DNA from: Takakia lepidozioides
Taxonomy: Eukaryota > Plantae > Bryophyta
DNA: 64,000 bases
Assembly (NCBI GenBank): GCA_030704615.1
Contig: CM060732.1
Coordinates: 40,176,001 to 40,240,000, forward strand
Direction of reading: 5' to 3'
In this document: positions 1-14,702 of the stretch, in pieces
How positions within the stretch are numbered: the stretch's first letter is position 1
Layout: each line of letters begins with the position of its first letter
Notes under the pieces: model-generated
The model's input: the letters and a program-made list of their open reading frames with translations, nothing else
The model's database searches: none
What the model was told of the DNA's origin: nothing
Position numbers and translations under genes: made by a program

Positions 1-472
1 ACTGTACAACGTCCACGGAGGGCAGGGCACATGGGAAAAGGAAGAAAAACCAGAGACAGAGAAAGAGATTATACTTTACATCCAATAGCCTGTAGGTATG
101 GACTGTGCGAGTTGTTTGACAGGCAGAGGGAGAGATCGTGAGTATGAGAGAGCCCCATCCTGTGAAGCTTGGCTAAAACGAACTAATGAGGGCATAGTCC
201 ATGCGGGATCTCAACCCTTCCAAATATTGGGTTTGGAGAGTAGAAATGCGGGTCACTGCAGTTGCCGAAGGCTCTAGAAGTGGAACTCATGTAAACATAT
301 GAAGTTGATTCTGTTTTTCCAGATTCCTCTGTAAAGCTCTCACTCCAGGATCAGTTTATGACTATTCTCATGAAGAAAGAGAGAGAGAGAGACTATACAA
401 CATCCTCCTAGTCACTAATCCAAGATACAAACAGAGGATATGACAACTGTGCTAGTGCTTTGAGCAGCGGAC

Positions 473-2866
473 CTGGTGTTCTAATTCCTCAAGAACGGAG
501 AGCAGATCAAAAGGGACATCAAAACGCTGCAAGAACCCTGCAAAGGCCTTTTGGTTGCGGATGTCGGTCATCATTATCTCATGTGCTCCCGGGTGCTGCA
601 CCTGCTCCCCCATATCCATACCAACATTATCCACCCTCAAACAAGGATCAAATCTCAACACCCATTTTCCATTCTCTTGTCAATGGATTTGGTCTGCATC
701 TATTGTAGGTAACCTCTCCAAGCTTCCTGTGAACATTATAAAGCACCATTTCATTTCTCTTTGTTTCTTATCAACCTCGAGAGCCAAAAACACACGTCTG
801 GCTTTTGGGATAGTTCACCCTCAGCAGTGAAGAGCATCATTGCAGCCTGCTCTTATATTCATCAAGGTACAAACTACTCCTGCTTCTTTGCTTGCAGGCA
901 TCCTGGCATGGCTAGCTGTTAGTGATACAATCAGATCAAAGGGACTGGTTAAACACCAGAAGAAACTAGGGAGGATACCTTGACAGCAACATCACTTGTG
1001 GTTCCCTTCAGTCTCGCCCGGTGCACCTGCTCCAGCAATCCATAATTCCCACAATCAGGACGCAAGGTTCAATCTAAAAACAAGAGGGAACCTATGTTTA
1101 CATATTGTGATATTAAATGAACCTGACAAACAATATCACAACACCAGCGCATAATGCATGGGATAGACATAACTTCACAGCTAGAAACAAATGCACCCCA
1201 TTAGCAACGCTTTCCAAAGATGGTTAACGGAGAACCAAGAACTTTAGGAAGAACCCCAGCCGAACCTGAGCAACAGATGCACAGCCAAGGGGCTTCTTGT
1301 CAAATTGCTCAAAAACAACATCCATTGACCTTCCTAGCTCATCTTCCACAACCCCTTGCACAGTCACATAGGATGTTTCTGGGGCCCCATCACACAATAC
1401 CACCAGCTTCTTCACCCAAGCCATTGGTGACAAATCAGGCTTTGCCAGCACCTGTGCTGTCTGTTAAACATCCATCACAAACTTTCAAGTAAGTGAAGAG
1501 GGAGTGAGAGAGTTGCACTCATCGAGAGTTCCTTGTGAATGTTGGTGAACCTTGCGCCACTTGACATGCTTTGCTAAGCAGTGAATGCTCAACTCTGTAG
1601 CCCCAAAAACAGAAGAAAGAAAGAAAGAAGCAACAGAATGTCTCGACAACATATATGATGTCAGATTTGTGATAACTTCACCTTCAAAAAGAAGCCCCCA
1701 AGTTGAGAACACATAGAGTAGATCTTCTCAGCTGCCCTCTCATGTTGTTCTTCCCACATTTGGTCTCTTTCTGCCTGATCCTTGAGAAAATGTGAGCGCA
1801 CCTGGGTCACCTGTAAAACTTAACCTGTAAAGTCACAAACCTGAAGGACCTTCGAGAATGATTAAAGTGTTTTTCAGCCCAATCTCCTCATGTGTTGACA
1901 AGAAGGTCATATATCTCCATGTGAAAAATTTTGTCATGTCTATGTAATGCAGAGTGTAGGTTTGGTTGGACACACATATTCTTCTGCAGCATCCAGTGCC
2001 AAAATCACCAGTTTATTTTAATCTCCTCCATATGGGTGCATCTCAAGCCACCTAACCTGAATCAGGACAGGTGGTGCGTGGAAACACACACTCCTAGTGG
2101 AGGGGAAGGAAGGGTGAGGAGCAGGGTCCTCTCATTTATTCCATCCAGGGCTTCCCCACTTGACCCACTATCCAGGGCGGTGTCCAGTCCGTGAATGGAA
2201 CCAGCTGGATGTTGAGAGAGTAGAAAAAAAGGTGAAGGTTTTAAGCAGTGCTCAGTAGTCCATTTGCATCCACAATCTAATGCAATTGTTGTTAGGACCA
2301 ATTCACTGTCCCCTGTACACTACAAGCACAGATTCCCGTCTTTCACCACTAGGACATGAAATGCGGCCCCAATCGCCATCAGACAAGCTCAAGAAGAGTG
2401 CTCTTACCCTAGAAGCCTCTGGTCAAGATTTTGTCCGGACAAGATATGGAGGGATAGAACTACGAAATGGTGCCCGAGGCCTCTATGACCGGAAGAAACC
2501 TGGCATTTCATGTTTGACATTCCAGAATTAGGGAGTGCTTGCGCACACCACACGACAATCCCCAGACGGCATCGTCTGATTAAGCATAGTATGAGTGCAG
2601 CCAAGACATTATGAAGAACAGGGAGGAAAAAAATGGGTGGGGACCTTATAGCTGACATAGATTTCACCAACGCGTGTCCAGAACTCCACGGTGCGTTTCA
2701 TCGTCTGGTGCTTCTTCAAGGACATCTGATGAACTGCGCTCACGTGGGCTCTCCTTTTCTGCTCATCGAGAAAGACACCCGCCCATCGCTGCACTCGCTC
2801 ACCCACCCACGTAAGAGGAGTTACATGAACATCGACCTTCTCCTGCCCGGCGTGTTGCTGGGCCAT
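473..2866 (-). CDS. ABC1/UbiB atypical kinase family protein, 5' five exons (gene continues off the left edge)
   Basis: GT-AG exons 2866-2645, 1810-1682, 1460-1266, 1026-979 and 601-473 splice in frame. They give ...LGGFFLKTAQVLAKPDL...LCDGAP...FEQFDKKPLGCASVAQVHRARL...VAVKVQHPG...DI, which are hallmark ABC1K motifs. Confidence 0.9.
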
Positions 2867-5169
2867 CTCCACCAATCGCTCACCGCGTTCTCCACTTAAA
2901 CAACAGAATTCAAATATGCCCTTGGTTTTGGATTCCCAACCGCGTCTAAAGTGCCTCGATTGCAAGCCTACATTCGAGTGCCACCAACCACACCCATTCA
3001 CAGTTTACTCCCAAAAATCATTGCTAGTCAAATGAGCCAACTAACTGGATCCCAAACATGTTTCCACCCACAGTTCTCTACAGTGGAAACAGAGATACCA
3101 GCGATGCAAGATGTGGTACTCTCCTCTCGTCTTTCCTCTGACCCACATCACCAGACTCTCAATTTGAAAAGCCACCCTCGAGGGTCTCTCTCAGGCAGAC
3201 CCTGTTACATCAACAGACCACCGACCAGCCCACCTATTGCGCTGCACAGAAAGCAGAGGGTCTATCAAATTGACTACAACTCAACTGATGGAGGAGGGTG
3301 AGTGGAGGAAGCCTCAACTCTTTCCCTCCTCCAGCAGAATAGGACTGCAGTGTGTGCTGTGTTTTGATCCTCACGTACCTACATCACACCGGTTTTGACA
3401 GTTGAGATTTGTCACCTTATATTGGTTCTTTTCATTTCATGCACAGTATTACTGCTGAGCAGCACTCGTGCACTTCTATGAATGTTCTTTGGTCCTTGCT
3501 GACCGTTTTCTATGGTGATTGGCAAGATTTAGTAAACATAACAAAAGATTCAAGAACCAAAAACCCTTGCGCATTTCTGCCCGGGAGGAGTCTGATTTCT
3601 GGTTCATGTTGTTGGATCCGAAGGAGATCGGACGTCCACACATCAGTTGGACATGGGATAAGGAACTAAGGATTGCCAAACTAATACAAAAACCTTGCAA
3701 AAAGATTTTTAACTTTGGGTCTTTCTGTGAAACCAACAGCGGCCATGCTTCACACCATAAAGTGACTCTATGGAGATCGCTTTCAGGAGAAATTCTGGTG
3801 AAATTACATGTAAAGCTTGCGATTGAGGTTGATTAATACCATGTCGGTGCTATTGCACGCTTGTGCAGAACATGTTCTTTCTACATTTGCCATCATCTGA
3901 TTTTCTTGGGTTGAAGCCGACACCCATGACAAATAAGGGGAAGGGTCATATCACTTTTGTACTTATTTTAAGTTGTAGGGGCCAACCTCTAGATATGTCC
4001 TTGGATCTTATTGCACTCACACCAGACTAAGGTAATAACCAGTGTTGGCCGGTTATAAGAATTTTACATATCCGCCGGTTAAGGTTACTTCAATATTTTT
4101 GGGATTGACACATTCCATGGATATGTATAAGGATAATTTTTTTATTTTAATATATCCATCGGTTATCTATTCTACAAAATTCTTCAAATTTAGAGGGTTA
4201 TGAATAGGACGGTTAGAGGTGTCCTAAAATTGGCGGATATATATGCAATTGGCGGTTACATATAATATATTGAATGGGCACTTCTCAATGATTTTTGTTA
4301 AAAATAATCAATTCCCACATGACATCCAAATGAAGATGAGAACCTTTATAAAGATGAGTAATAGATAGGTAATGCTAGAATGCTCCAAGTACATGAGACA
4401 ATGACAAACAAGCGGCTAGTCGCGTAGTGGCTCCTCCTCATATTAACATAAAATATTATGAAACATTTGGAATAGGTGAGATGTGACAATATTTTGAGAC
4501 ATTAGTTTGAAGGCCAAGTGTATAGGTTTGTGGCTTTTATACCACCATATATGCATTGTTGATTTTCATTGGCATTCGTCCATTAACTGTGGATTGTAGT
4601 AGCCTTAGAAATTCATTTGAAAAATATTATTATTATTATTTTATATTTTCAAAATTGTTTTGATTTTCTTCGTGATTCTATTCTTCATTAGATACATGTG
4701 CGTATCATTTTCATCTAGCTGCATTTGTCACGAAACAGCAAATATGACTAATTTATGCCTCTCTTGATGGAATATTAACAAAGCCAACATAATCATATAT
4801 TTTCGGACTTACACTCGGATTTATATTCTAACGATATTTTAAAGAGCAATGCAACAAAAGCTTCCCCACGTGGCAAAGAGACAAAAATGATTGTGTTCCC
4901 TTATGTTAGATGAAGTGCACAATACTCAGATGATGACGTACATGATGATAAATGAAACACAATCATTTTTATGTCATAATTTGCCACAAAAAGCTACCGT
5001 TTGATTGTTCTTAAAATGTCGTTTACAATATAAATCTCTATATTTGTTCATCCAAATTTAATTATGTTAGCTTTGTACATGATATTGTAGATTTAATGTA
5101 TTCCATCTAAGTCCGTGATGTTGTAGCTAGTCGCGTAATGGCTCTTTTTTAAATTCGTACAAAATACTA

Positions 5170-8100
5170 TTAAACATTTAGAATAGGTGAGGTGTGACAA
5201 TATTGAGACACGTGATTAGGTAGTTTGAAAGCCATAAATATAGGTTTGTGATCACTCCAATAGGCTTCTGTAACACCGGACATGCATTGTTGATTTTGGG
5301 CATTTGTCCAAATGTGATCCAAATGTGAACCGTAGATTGTAGTAGCCTCGGAAAATTGAAGTTTCATATGAAAATTATTCATAAATTGTTTTAGTTGATT
5401 GGTTGAAGGATTTTTCTCTAACATATTCACATTTAAATTTCCTATAATTATAATCGTTTCATTTCCTCAGCAACGCCATTATCAGTGCGGAAATTTTGTA
5501 GTTGCAAGTTTGCTAAAAGATACAAATTTTCTTTTCTTCGAATACGAGACAAAGCAATATAGCTTAATCCATGTTTATTAACACCGGTAGGATCAAATGC
5601 CAAATAGTCCATTGTTAAGCCTTGTGAACGGTGGATGGTTCGAGCAGCAGCCAATTGAATCGGAAATTGTGTTCTAGTAATTATATGAGATGTATTTGGC
5701 CCAATTTGAATCTCTTTTGAAATAGGTTGAATAGGAGTCCATAAAGGATCTATCGTAGAATCATATAAATGTGAGTTTTTAGCACGTGTAGCAATACCAG
5801 ATTTAACATTGAAAAATTGTATCCGTATCAAATGAGTAGATTCTACTAACATTGTAGCATGTTTGAATATTCCATCTGCTCCATTCACAAGATCGTCATG
5901 TGTTGCATAATTTCCAGCACACAACTCTACTAACATTTCTTTTTTAACCTTAATAGTTGTATGTAGACCTGCAGTATTAGATGCATTATCAAGTAACTTA
6001 AAAGAAGCAGGACATGTATCATGATGTTTATCGATGGCTTCAAAAATATATACAGATGCTTTAGTTCGCTCAAAAGCTAGTTGATTATGCATGAGCATGG
6101 ATTTGTTTGTATAACATAAATGAGGGAATGCGGGATCGTTACGGGGAGGCCGACAACATTGTTGATTAATAGTGTCTACATCGTGTTGAGTTGCTGAGGC
6201 TGTTCGCAATCTATTCAATATGTCAATAAATTCACCGTCTGTCTGACGCATCACTTGTGTTAATTCATAACATTTCAATCTTGCCAAAAACTGGGGACCA
6301 AAGCATCTGGGCCTACAGTTTTTTTTTTTGAAAACCCAACTATCTCTCACTGGTGGTGCTTGATAAAAATCTCATGTGATAAGGACATCTAGATTACCAA
6401 AAAAATGACTATGAACTCGTTTGATTGATCTTTAATCGTTAAATCTGCAAATGTAAGTATTCTATTTCCTATTAGTGAAATTTCATTTAATACCAAAAGT
6501 TGTAATTGGTCAAAACATTTTATTAGTGTATCTAATCGCTCTGAACTAAGTGAAGGCAATTCTTTGCAATTGAGAGGGATGCTAAGCCCAGAGTGTATGG
6601 TTGTGCCATCAATATTAAAAGCTGCTTTTCCTGTATATGCCATCAAAATCGTTTTTTTCTTTAGCGGATCAGCTTGTGGATGTTTATTATAGATTCGTAA
6701 TAATCTATAAGTAATAAGGTAAAAGTTTTTCCCGTTCCTGCTCCACCAGTCATAAATAAATGTAGTGGTTTGTCGGGATACAAACGTTTTCTATACATAC
6801 AGTCATCAAAAATAGCTCTTTGCTCAAAATTAAGTTTGCGCAATTCAGCAAAGAAGAAATCATATTGTCAGGTGTGCTACAAACATCCATTTCAGGTATC
6901 GTCGATGTTCTAATTTGTGGTTTGAAATGGAATTCAGTGTTTATATCATAAGACACTACTCCAGTACAATCAGTTAATGATTTAGGAACATAATCATCGT
7001 CGACCGTCATAAAAGTATCCATATATATGCTAGAGTTAATTATTTGTGCCAATTCATGAGCTTTTGATTCTAAATTATTCCAATCAGTTATAGTATTGTT
7101 ATTATTTTTTGAGAACGTATATATAAACTTTTTACGTATTGATACAATGGATGGCTCATGAGCAATATATGCATCATGCCAAGATGCATAGTTTTGTTTT
7201 TGTGATTCTTCATTTCCAAGAAAAGGATGAAAAAGCAAAAGTTGTTCTCTATAATAATTGTCGGCATCTCGATGTTGATTGTAGTGTACGTATCTAATAA
7301 TGCAAGATTTTTTACGAGGATTTAAATCAGTTTTTTCTGTCGTATATTCGGCAACAAATTCACTTAGGCTTACGTCCTTCAATGCCTTAGGTCGATCAAT
7401 ATATTTGTCAATAGCAGATAGACATTTAATATCTATGCATTCTGGAGAAAGTTCTCGTAATTCTTTATTTGATTTCAACACAAATGCGTGTTCTTGTGGT
7501 GGCGATGTATTTATAAACTTAAAACTTCGAGATGCATGATAAAGTGGTATGGATAACACAATATATGCTACTAATTGAGCAGACATTTGTTGTGCATTTA
7601 AAAACGCATTACCCATTTTACGAATTCTAATGTTTGCATCGACGTGATCATTATACATTTATCTATTATGATACGAAATTCATTGGTTATTGTTTTATCT
7701 ATTTTTGTAAGATATGATGTGCAGTAACTAGCTGCTCCATATGGATCAAGTATAAATTGTACATCAGTATTAGCCTGCTATAAATTCCCAACATTTTTAC
7801 CATATGCATTTGTACGAACATCTTTGCAGGCTTGTTTCAAAAAGATTGTAGGTTTTTTCAATCTACTACGTAGCACATATACATATGTATCTTTTTGTAT
7901 ATTCAATAATGTCATAAACTCATCAAATGTAATATTTGTATCTGTATCCATTTTATTTAATTCAGAAAATATTTCAGAAAATATTTCAGAAAATATTTTT
8001 GTATAACGTTTTACATTGTTTTTGTTTATAGTTTCTGGGAGGGGTTCCAAAATAGTAGTTTTATCCATTGGAGGCAATGGATAATGAAAACAACAAACAA

Positions 8101-10816
8101 CCTCATTTTTTTTTTCTACATGTACGTTTATGTCGGTGGATTTGAGCTTCACGTAAAGTTGATGGAAGAATGTTACTCTAATGTTACATATTTATCTACA
8201 AGGTCCTCAATTACATTATTACTATCTATTCCAAATATAGGTGCATTGACTATGCATAACATAATCATGTTCACTACCTCGACTTTGAAATTCTGTGACA
8301 AAGAAAAAATCTTGTAGAGGTCCGAAAATTGTATCATCTTTCTTACATAAATCTCTAAATGCCCCCATTCGATGATCATAATACCGCGCACATGTTATTG
8401 GATCCGTTCGAACTAATTCAGCAATTTGTTTTGATTCTAAATTATCTACATTGTTTGAAATTCTTAAATTTTTATGGTTAAGTGAGTGTAGGGCTTCTAA
8501 CAATGGTTTCCATTTACTTTTAGCACTTGTAAATGTGACAAAAAATGTTGGGGGTCCTAATTGTCTAATCATTGCAAAAGCCTATTTTCGTAGACGAGCC
8601 AAATAATCTGGCGATGTTCGAAGTCTTTCAAGATCTCTATAACCAAATCCGAATGTAATAGTTTATCTAAATTTGGTTTATTAGAAAGATCGCATGCTTT
8701 CAATTGTCGACCATGAAGTTTATCTTTACGAATACGAATCCAAGATGATGAAGTAACACCATGAATCAGAACTTTAATAGCTTTAATAGATTTGGAATAT
8801 GTGTAGCAATTTTATGGTCTTTATGCAATAACTCCCATTTAGCAATGTCTTGATAAGAAAAAGTTGTAGCAATTTCTTGTGATCGAGGGAATCCAAAAAA
8901 TAATGTTGGAAAATTTAATTCTTCGCTATGTACATCTTGAAAAAGACCCAGTGGTTTAAAATGCTCACTAGGAGCAACAATTATAATACCATCATGAAAT
9001 ATTTGAATTTTTTCAGAAGTTAAAATATTCTCTACCAAAGTATCACTTGCAATATTTTCTTGTATCTCTTCAAAATTATCTTGATTTTCTTCATGATCGT
9101 GTTCTCCACTATATGCATGTTGGATATCATTTTCATTGCTATCTCAACATTTCTGCATTTGTCGAGAAGTCACAAACATGCCTAACCATTGAGGACGAAT
9201 ACTTATTTGCACTTCTATATATAATGGAGTATTAATAAGATCATACAAAGCCAACATAATCAAATTCGGACGTACATTTCCTGATAAATATGGAGATTTA
9301 TATTCTAAGCGTCGTTTTAAAAGCAATCCAATGGTAGCTTCGTCATGTGGCAAACGAGGTAAAAATGATTGTGTTCATTTACATTGGATGGAACATTTAT
9401 AATACTACCACGAATTCCATATTGGGCATAGCCTTGCAATTGATATATTTGTGAAAAAGCCATGCGGGGAACAATTAATCTTTCTTCCAATCCGGTTGGT
9501 ATTTGAACAGAATCTATGGTTTTGTTGAGGGCTATTTTGTGAGGCACCATGTATTTTGGAGGTTATCTTTTGCAAGCATAGATTTACAGCTTCTACATAA
9601 AGATAAATTTTCGTTGATTTTGATATTTAACAAAGAAGGCATATATATAGATAATTTTTGTGTCAAATTTTTAGTAAGTCGAAATATTTGTTTCTTAAAC
9701 CACAAGCGATGACAACATATACATGGATGAATTGGTGTATCAAGTAATTTGTCCATGTATTGAACTTGATAATCAATATTACTAGAAAGACTACTACTAC
9801 ATTCTAATTTCTGATTATATGTAAATGAAGTTTTTGTAATATCGTTGTGTACATCTGTTTGAAGCACACTATGACATTCCGAGCTATCTGATTTTTTAGG
9901 TTCTTGTATTTGTTTAGCAATATATTTTCGTTTTTGATTAATTCGTCTCAAGTGCGAATAAATTTGAGTAAATTTGAGTTCTAAACTTGCATATTCTTTA
10001 GCAAACATGAACGCAATATCTGTTAAGGTGGATGATGGAAATTCAGCCATGAGATTGACCATACATTGGTCATGAGCTGGTAGCCACTCGAAACGCATTT
10101 GTCTCGATTTCTTATCTTCATTTTTAATCATATTATGATTAATTTGTTGATGTTTCCTTTTTGTTTTAGTATCATTTACAATATCATGGACCAATGCTGA
10201 ACAAGACAATGAAGTTATAGTCTTAGAATTATCAACACCCGACAACATTTTTGGTTGCATGATAGGCTTAGTAGAATGAATAGAGGTCGAAGATGAATTG
10301 TGATTATTGATAATAGGTTCGTAGTGACCACTTCGAGTAGAATGTCTATCATCGTATAGTAATTGTAGAGCGGTATGTGAACCAAATTGATCCCCTACTG
10401 AAAACATGACACGTTTGTTGACGTGTGACCATACTGATATAGATTTTTGCAAATAATTTGCAAGACAAACCACAGCACGATTATCGCCTTCCAAACCTCC
10501 ATTGGTAGCACTAATAGACATGCGTTGAATGTATTCATCAAGTGAATGTACACCATGTAGCTCATAAAGAGCTTATGTAGATAAATGAATTTGAATGGTC
10601 TCAATCATTTCATCATTAGGAGCTTGTATCGTTTTGCAAAAAATAAGACATGCTTTCTCGACGCAGTGCCGTAGAGGTTTGTTCATAGTGCAACAAATAA
10701 GCCATGGAGTCAAACAAACAATCTCCTACTATATATGGATAGTTGTGCATGCATTTCAGATGTTGAGATTGCAAAATTCTGTCTATATCCATATTTAAGT
10801 CAAATTGTTTAGCCAT
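5170..10816 (-). pseudogene. Helentron RepHel polyprotein: OTU-like protease, Cys-rich region, HUH Rep, PIF1 helicase, AP-endonuclease; many frameshifts
   Basis: OTU: VGDCLFDSMAYLL...GHYEPI. Rep: MIRQLGPPTFFVTFTSA, VTEFQSRGSEH. PIF1: TGGAGTGKT, AYTGKAAFNIDGTTIHS, LTQVMRQTD, RTQFPIQLAAARTIHRSQGLT, YIALSR. EEP endonuclease C-terminus: HLDHIWTN...SDHKPI. Confidence 0.9.
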
Positions 10817-11199
10817 TATAATATGTTAGATGAACCAAAAATTTAATATCACTTCAAATTAGTTAATTCGTTTATACACGTTAGTAGAAATCACCGGAAA
10901 ATAATTTATATTATATAGAATTCTGAATTTTATATATGATATGATTTTAGGTCATTTTAATTTTTTTATCATTTAGAATTAAATTGGATTGGACTACTTT
11001 ATATCTTTGATGTTTGATTTTATAAAATATATAGCTATATAATTATTTAATATATGTAAATATTTTTAAATTAAAGTTTATCAAATACAATATGATTAGG
11101 ATTTGATGAGAATCTAAAACAGACAAACATAAATTCTCGTTTAGTATATTGAGTAGATAAACATAATAAAAAAACAAGATAAATTAAGATTAGTATAAT

Positions 11200-12290
11200 T
11201 GAAAATTTGTCTTGGACAAATTGCGAGATATTACTGAGGAACCAAAAGAAATTATAATAGTTGAGGTTCTGAATGAAATAACCGAGGCAATAGAATAAAT
11301 TTAACCTGATATAATTAAGGGAAATACTGACAAATCTGAATGGAATGATTGTGATAAATAACTGAGGGATCCAGAGAAATCTTAAAGTATATAACTAATG
11401 GATCACAAATATTTTAATCTAAATTACAGCAAGATTAATTTGTGAGAAATATTCAAGGGACACTTGAACATTTGAGTTGAAGTATTGTAAGAAATAACTG
11501 AGGGACCGAGAGATATTTTAAATTATACAAGTAATGTAACCGAATAGATTTTAAACTAGCATGGACAAATCATAGCAAGATCATTAAATGTGGATATACT
11601 AAGGGACACTAGAAAATCTGAGCTGAAGAATTTGAGGAAACAACCTAGGGACTGAAAAAACACAACTAATGGATCAGAAAAGACTTTAATCTAGTACACA
11701 TAATCACAACAGGATTATTCGTTCGTGGAAGTATTTAAGAGACACTTGAAAATGTAGATTGAAGAATTGTGGGAAATAATTGAGGGACCGAGAGAAATTT
11801 TACAATATACAACTGCTAGATCATCAGAAAAGATTTTAAATTAGTATGCATATATATCACAGCAGGATTATTCGTAGAAGTATTTGAGGGAGACTTAAAA
11901 ATCTGGATTGAAGAATTGTAGGAAATAACTGAGGGACCGAGAGTAATTTTACAGTATACAACTAATACAGAATTTTTTTTAACTAGTATGCATGTATCAC
12001 AGCAGGATTATTTGTGAAAATATCGATGGGACACTAGAAAATCTGAACTGAGCATGTAGTAAATAACCGAGGGACTAAATAAATTTTACACTATTACAAC
12101 TAATGGATCAGAAAAGATTTAATCTAGTATGGATAAATCATAAAACAGGATTATTCTGGAAATATCCAAGATAAAGTGAAAAATCTGAACTTAAGGATTG
12201 TAGGATATAATTGAGGGATGGATAGAAATGTTAAAAAGTGTACAACTAATACATCAGAAAAGATTTTTAACTAGTATACATAAATCAAAA
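11200..12290. repeat. AT-rich tandem array, ~125-bp unit, ~8 diverged copies, inside the Helentron
   Basis: Recurrent core GAAATAACTGAGGGACCGAGAG...ACAACTAATGGATCAGAAAAGATTTTAA...ATCACAGCAGGATTATT. Confidence 0.85.
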
Positions 12291-12579
12291 GAAAATCTAA
12301 TTATTATTCTCGTATATATTAGTTATCATCAAAAAAAGACAAACCACTAAAATGTTACTTAAAATTAAAAAAATTAAAAAAACGTTTTTTGAAGTTTTAT
12401 AAATAACTCATCTCGATCAAATTGCGATCGCAGCTTACAAAATTCAAGGTAGACCTGCGTCGAGTTCAAATGTCTGCAATTTTTGTGATCAGAGTAACAG
12501 AACATATAGCCTATGCATAATTGAGTACCTCAACAGCAAAGGTAGCAAAGTTAATGGATCTTCACATAAACAAAAACTT

Positions 12580-14225
12580 ATAGAGGAGCATGCTCTTCAA
12601 AGCCCACGAGATCGCCAACAGGATTAAGGGAGAAACGACCAACAAGTTTCACAGCGCTCGAAGTTCTTTAAAAAAAAAAACATATTTGAACGATGAGCAT
12701 CCTTCAAATCAAGGCCAACGATTGCTTACACCCAATCAGCGTTGACATGCACTTGCACAACATCGTCTACACCATGAACATTCTCTGTGATATAGGCTTG
12801 TAAATTGCAATGCCCATTGTGCTTGCATACATTGCAGTAGAATAGACCGTCGTCTTGCCTCACAATGTCAGCAAGGTCACAACCAGCACATGCTCGTTTG
12901 AAAGGAGGGATAGATGGAGCTGCGATGTAGAACGTACCAGTCACCTACACAAAAACAGATAAATATTATTAATAATTTATTTTCATGTTCTGAGTTATGT
13001 TAGATTTGTCGTGACACTCTTCATATGATCGATTGACTTCAATAATCACAAACAACTAACTAGCAACTTGGATAATTCTGCAGACAAGATTTCTACCTAG
13101 CAGCTCAAAATCATGGAGAATCCAAATCACAACTAGCGTTTGTAACTAATAGTCTTCGGTCTTTGGTACATAGACAAGGTTACTAACCACTAGCTTCGAT
13201 TTCAGATCTCAGTAATCATAGATAAAAGTTCTAACTAGTAGCTTTGTCTTTATAATCAGTGCCAAGGTTTCTAACAGTTAGCAGCTTGCTGGCCACTCAA
13301 CAATCACACTGAAGTTCAGACTTAATTTGCCCCTACCCATACATTAAAACTACTAGATCTTAAGATAAAATGTGAACATGCCTGCGTTGCGATACCATTC
13401 AATCCGTGAGCGGTATGGGCTTCATGCACACGATGGAGCCGCTCCTTAGTGTCATCTTCCACCACAAGTGCAAAAATAGTACACGGCAGTGTAATAAGCC
13501 GAACGTCCCCACTTGAGGTTGATCCGACGTTTTTAGGCTCTCCACGACGATACTGCTGAACCAGTCGATCATACTCCCCACGGAAACAAGGTAGATAGCT
13601 CACCTGCAAACAATTCATAAAAAAATTGAGCATTGGATTTGTATTGACTTACAGTTTCATTCACAAAAGATGGACATGTATAGGAGCTTTTAAAAGTTAG
13701 AGCACATAGAGCTCATACAATTTGGATATCAAACTGGGTGTTTCTATCCGCAACGGTAAGCTCGAATTTGTTGTAGATTTCTCCACGAACGGCGATGACC
13801 ACCACCGCAATAGTATCAGTAGCAAATTTTTCATGCACCTTTTTGGCGAAGATCACAATAGTATCACCAGCGAGAAAGTGAAGAGAAAATGGAATGAATG
13901 GAGCGATGATCTCCACTTTGGTGACTGAGCTGATCTTCACCACGACATCCAGGTCTTCTCTTTCAAATTTCTGCTTATTACGGACGGAAAAGTTCTCCAA
14001 ACGTATGAAAACTCCTCGTGTGAGTTTGTCAGAATGAGTCTGCACAAGAGAACCAGACACTGTGATGGTCACCGTAGTAAACCCATACATGTCTGTAACA
14101 TCACAATGCAAGTATGAGAATGCACCTGGGGGAATCAAAGACACTGTTGGTTTTGTAACAGTTGTCATAACGACACAAAACTTGACCCTGAAATGCTGCA
14201 TCTCTAACGCTTGTATCCAGATCAT
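12580..14225 (-). pseudogene. RPA70-like ssDNA-binding OB-fold gene with introns, carried by the Helentron
   Basis: OB-fold-like exon at 13713-14225, a middle exon at ~13380-13603, and a last exon with an RPA70-C-like C4 zinc ribbon (FKRACAGC...GLFYCNVC). There is an in-frame stop at 12726. Confidence 0.6.
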
Positions 14226-14702
14226 CTACAGCAAGCAAAGACCGCTCTCGCTTGATCACAGTTGCCATGATAAGTTAGTACACAAACAATAACCTCTCAC
14301 AACTACACTGACGGTCACTGAGAAGACGTTCACTGCTTAGACATTGTGAGGCTCTCAAGGTGATATGCTTATCTTATAATGAGTCTGAAGGAGCTCAACT
14401 ACGTAACTATGAAGGTCCTACGTATGATCTTACCATCTGTATATCTTTTTTGTATCTTCACAAGATTTGTTTTTGTATCTTCATAAGTGAGAACATATCT
14501 TGAAGATATCAAGATGTCGTATCGAAAAGACATATCTTGATGTGCGTTGGTGCTCCGTCATACAAAAACATAACTACATAGAGTTCTTTTATGTTTGTGA
14601 TCTGAAAACGTATCTTTGGATAATCATGTACTAGGTCCGCGTGGTAGTAAAAATTTGCCAGATTATGGCCAAGGTTGTCCGTGATGGACCTATGTAGGGA
14701 AA

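Larger units (their letters stand above)
4388..14632 (-). mobile_element. Helentron/Helitron2-type rolling-circle transposon, decayed (ends approximate)
   Basis: AT-rich block containing a fragmented OTU-Rep-PIF1-endonuclease ORF, an internal tandem array and an RPA70-like gene. Ends are tentative: a 9-bp inverted pair AGTACATGA (4388-4396) / TCATGTACT (14624-14632) and a small palindrome at ~4412. Confidence 0.75.
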
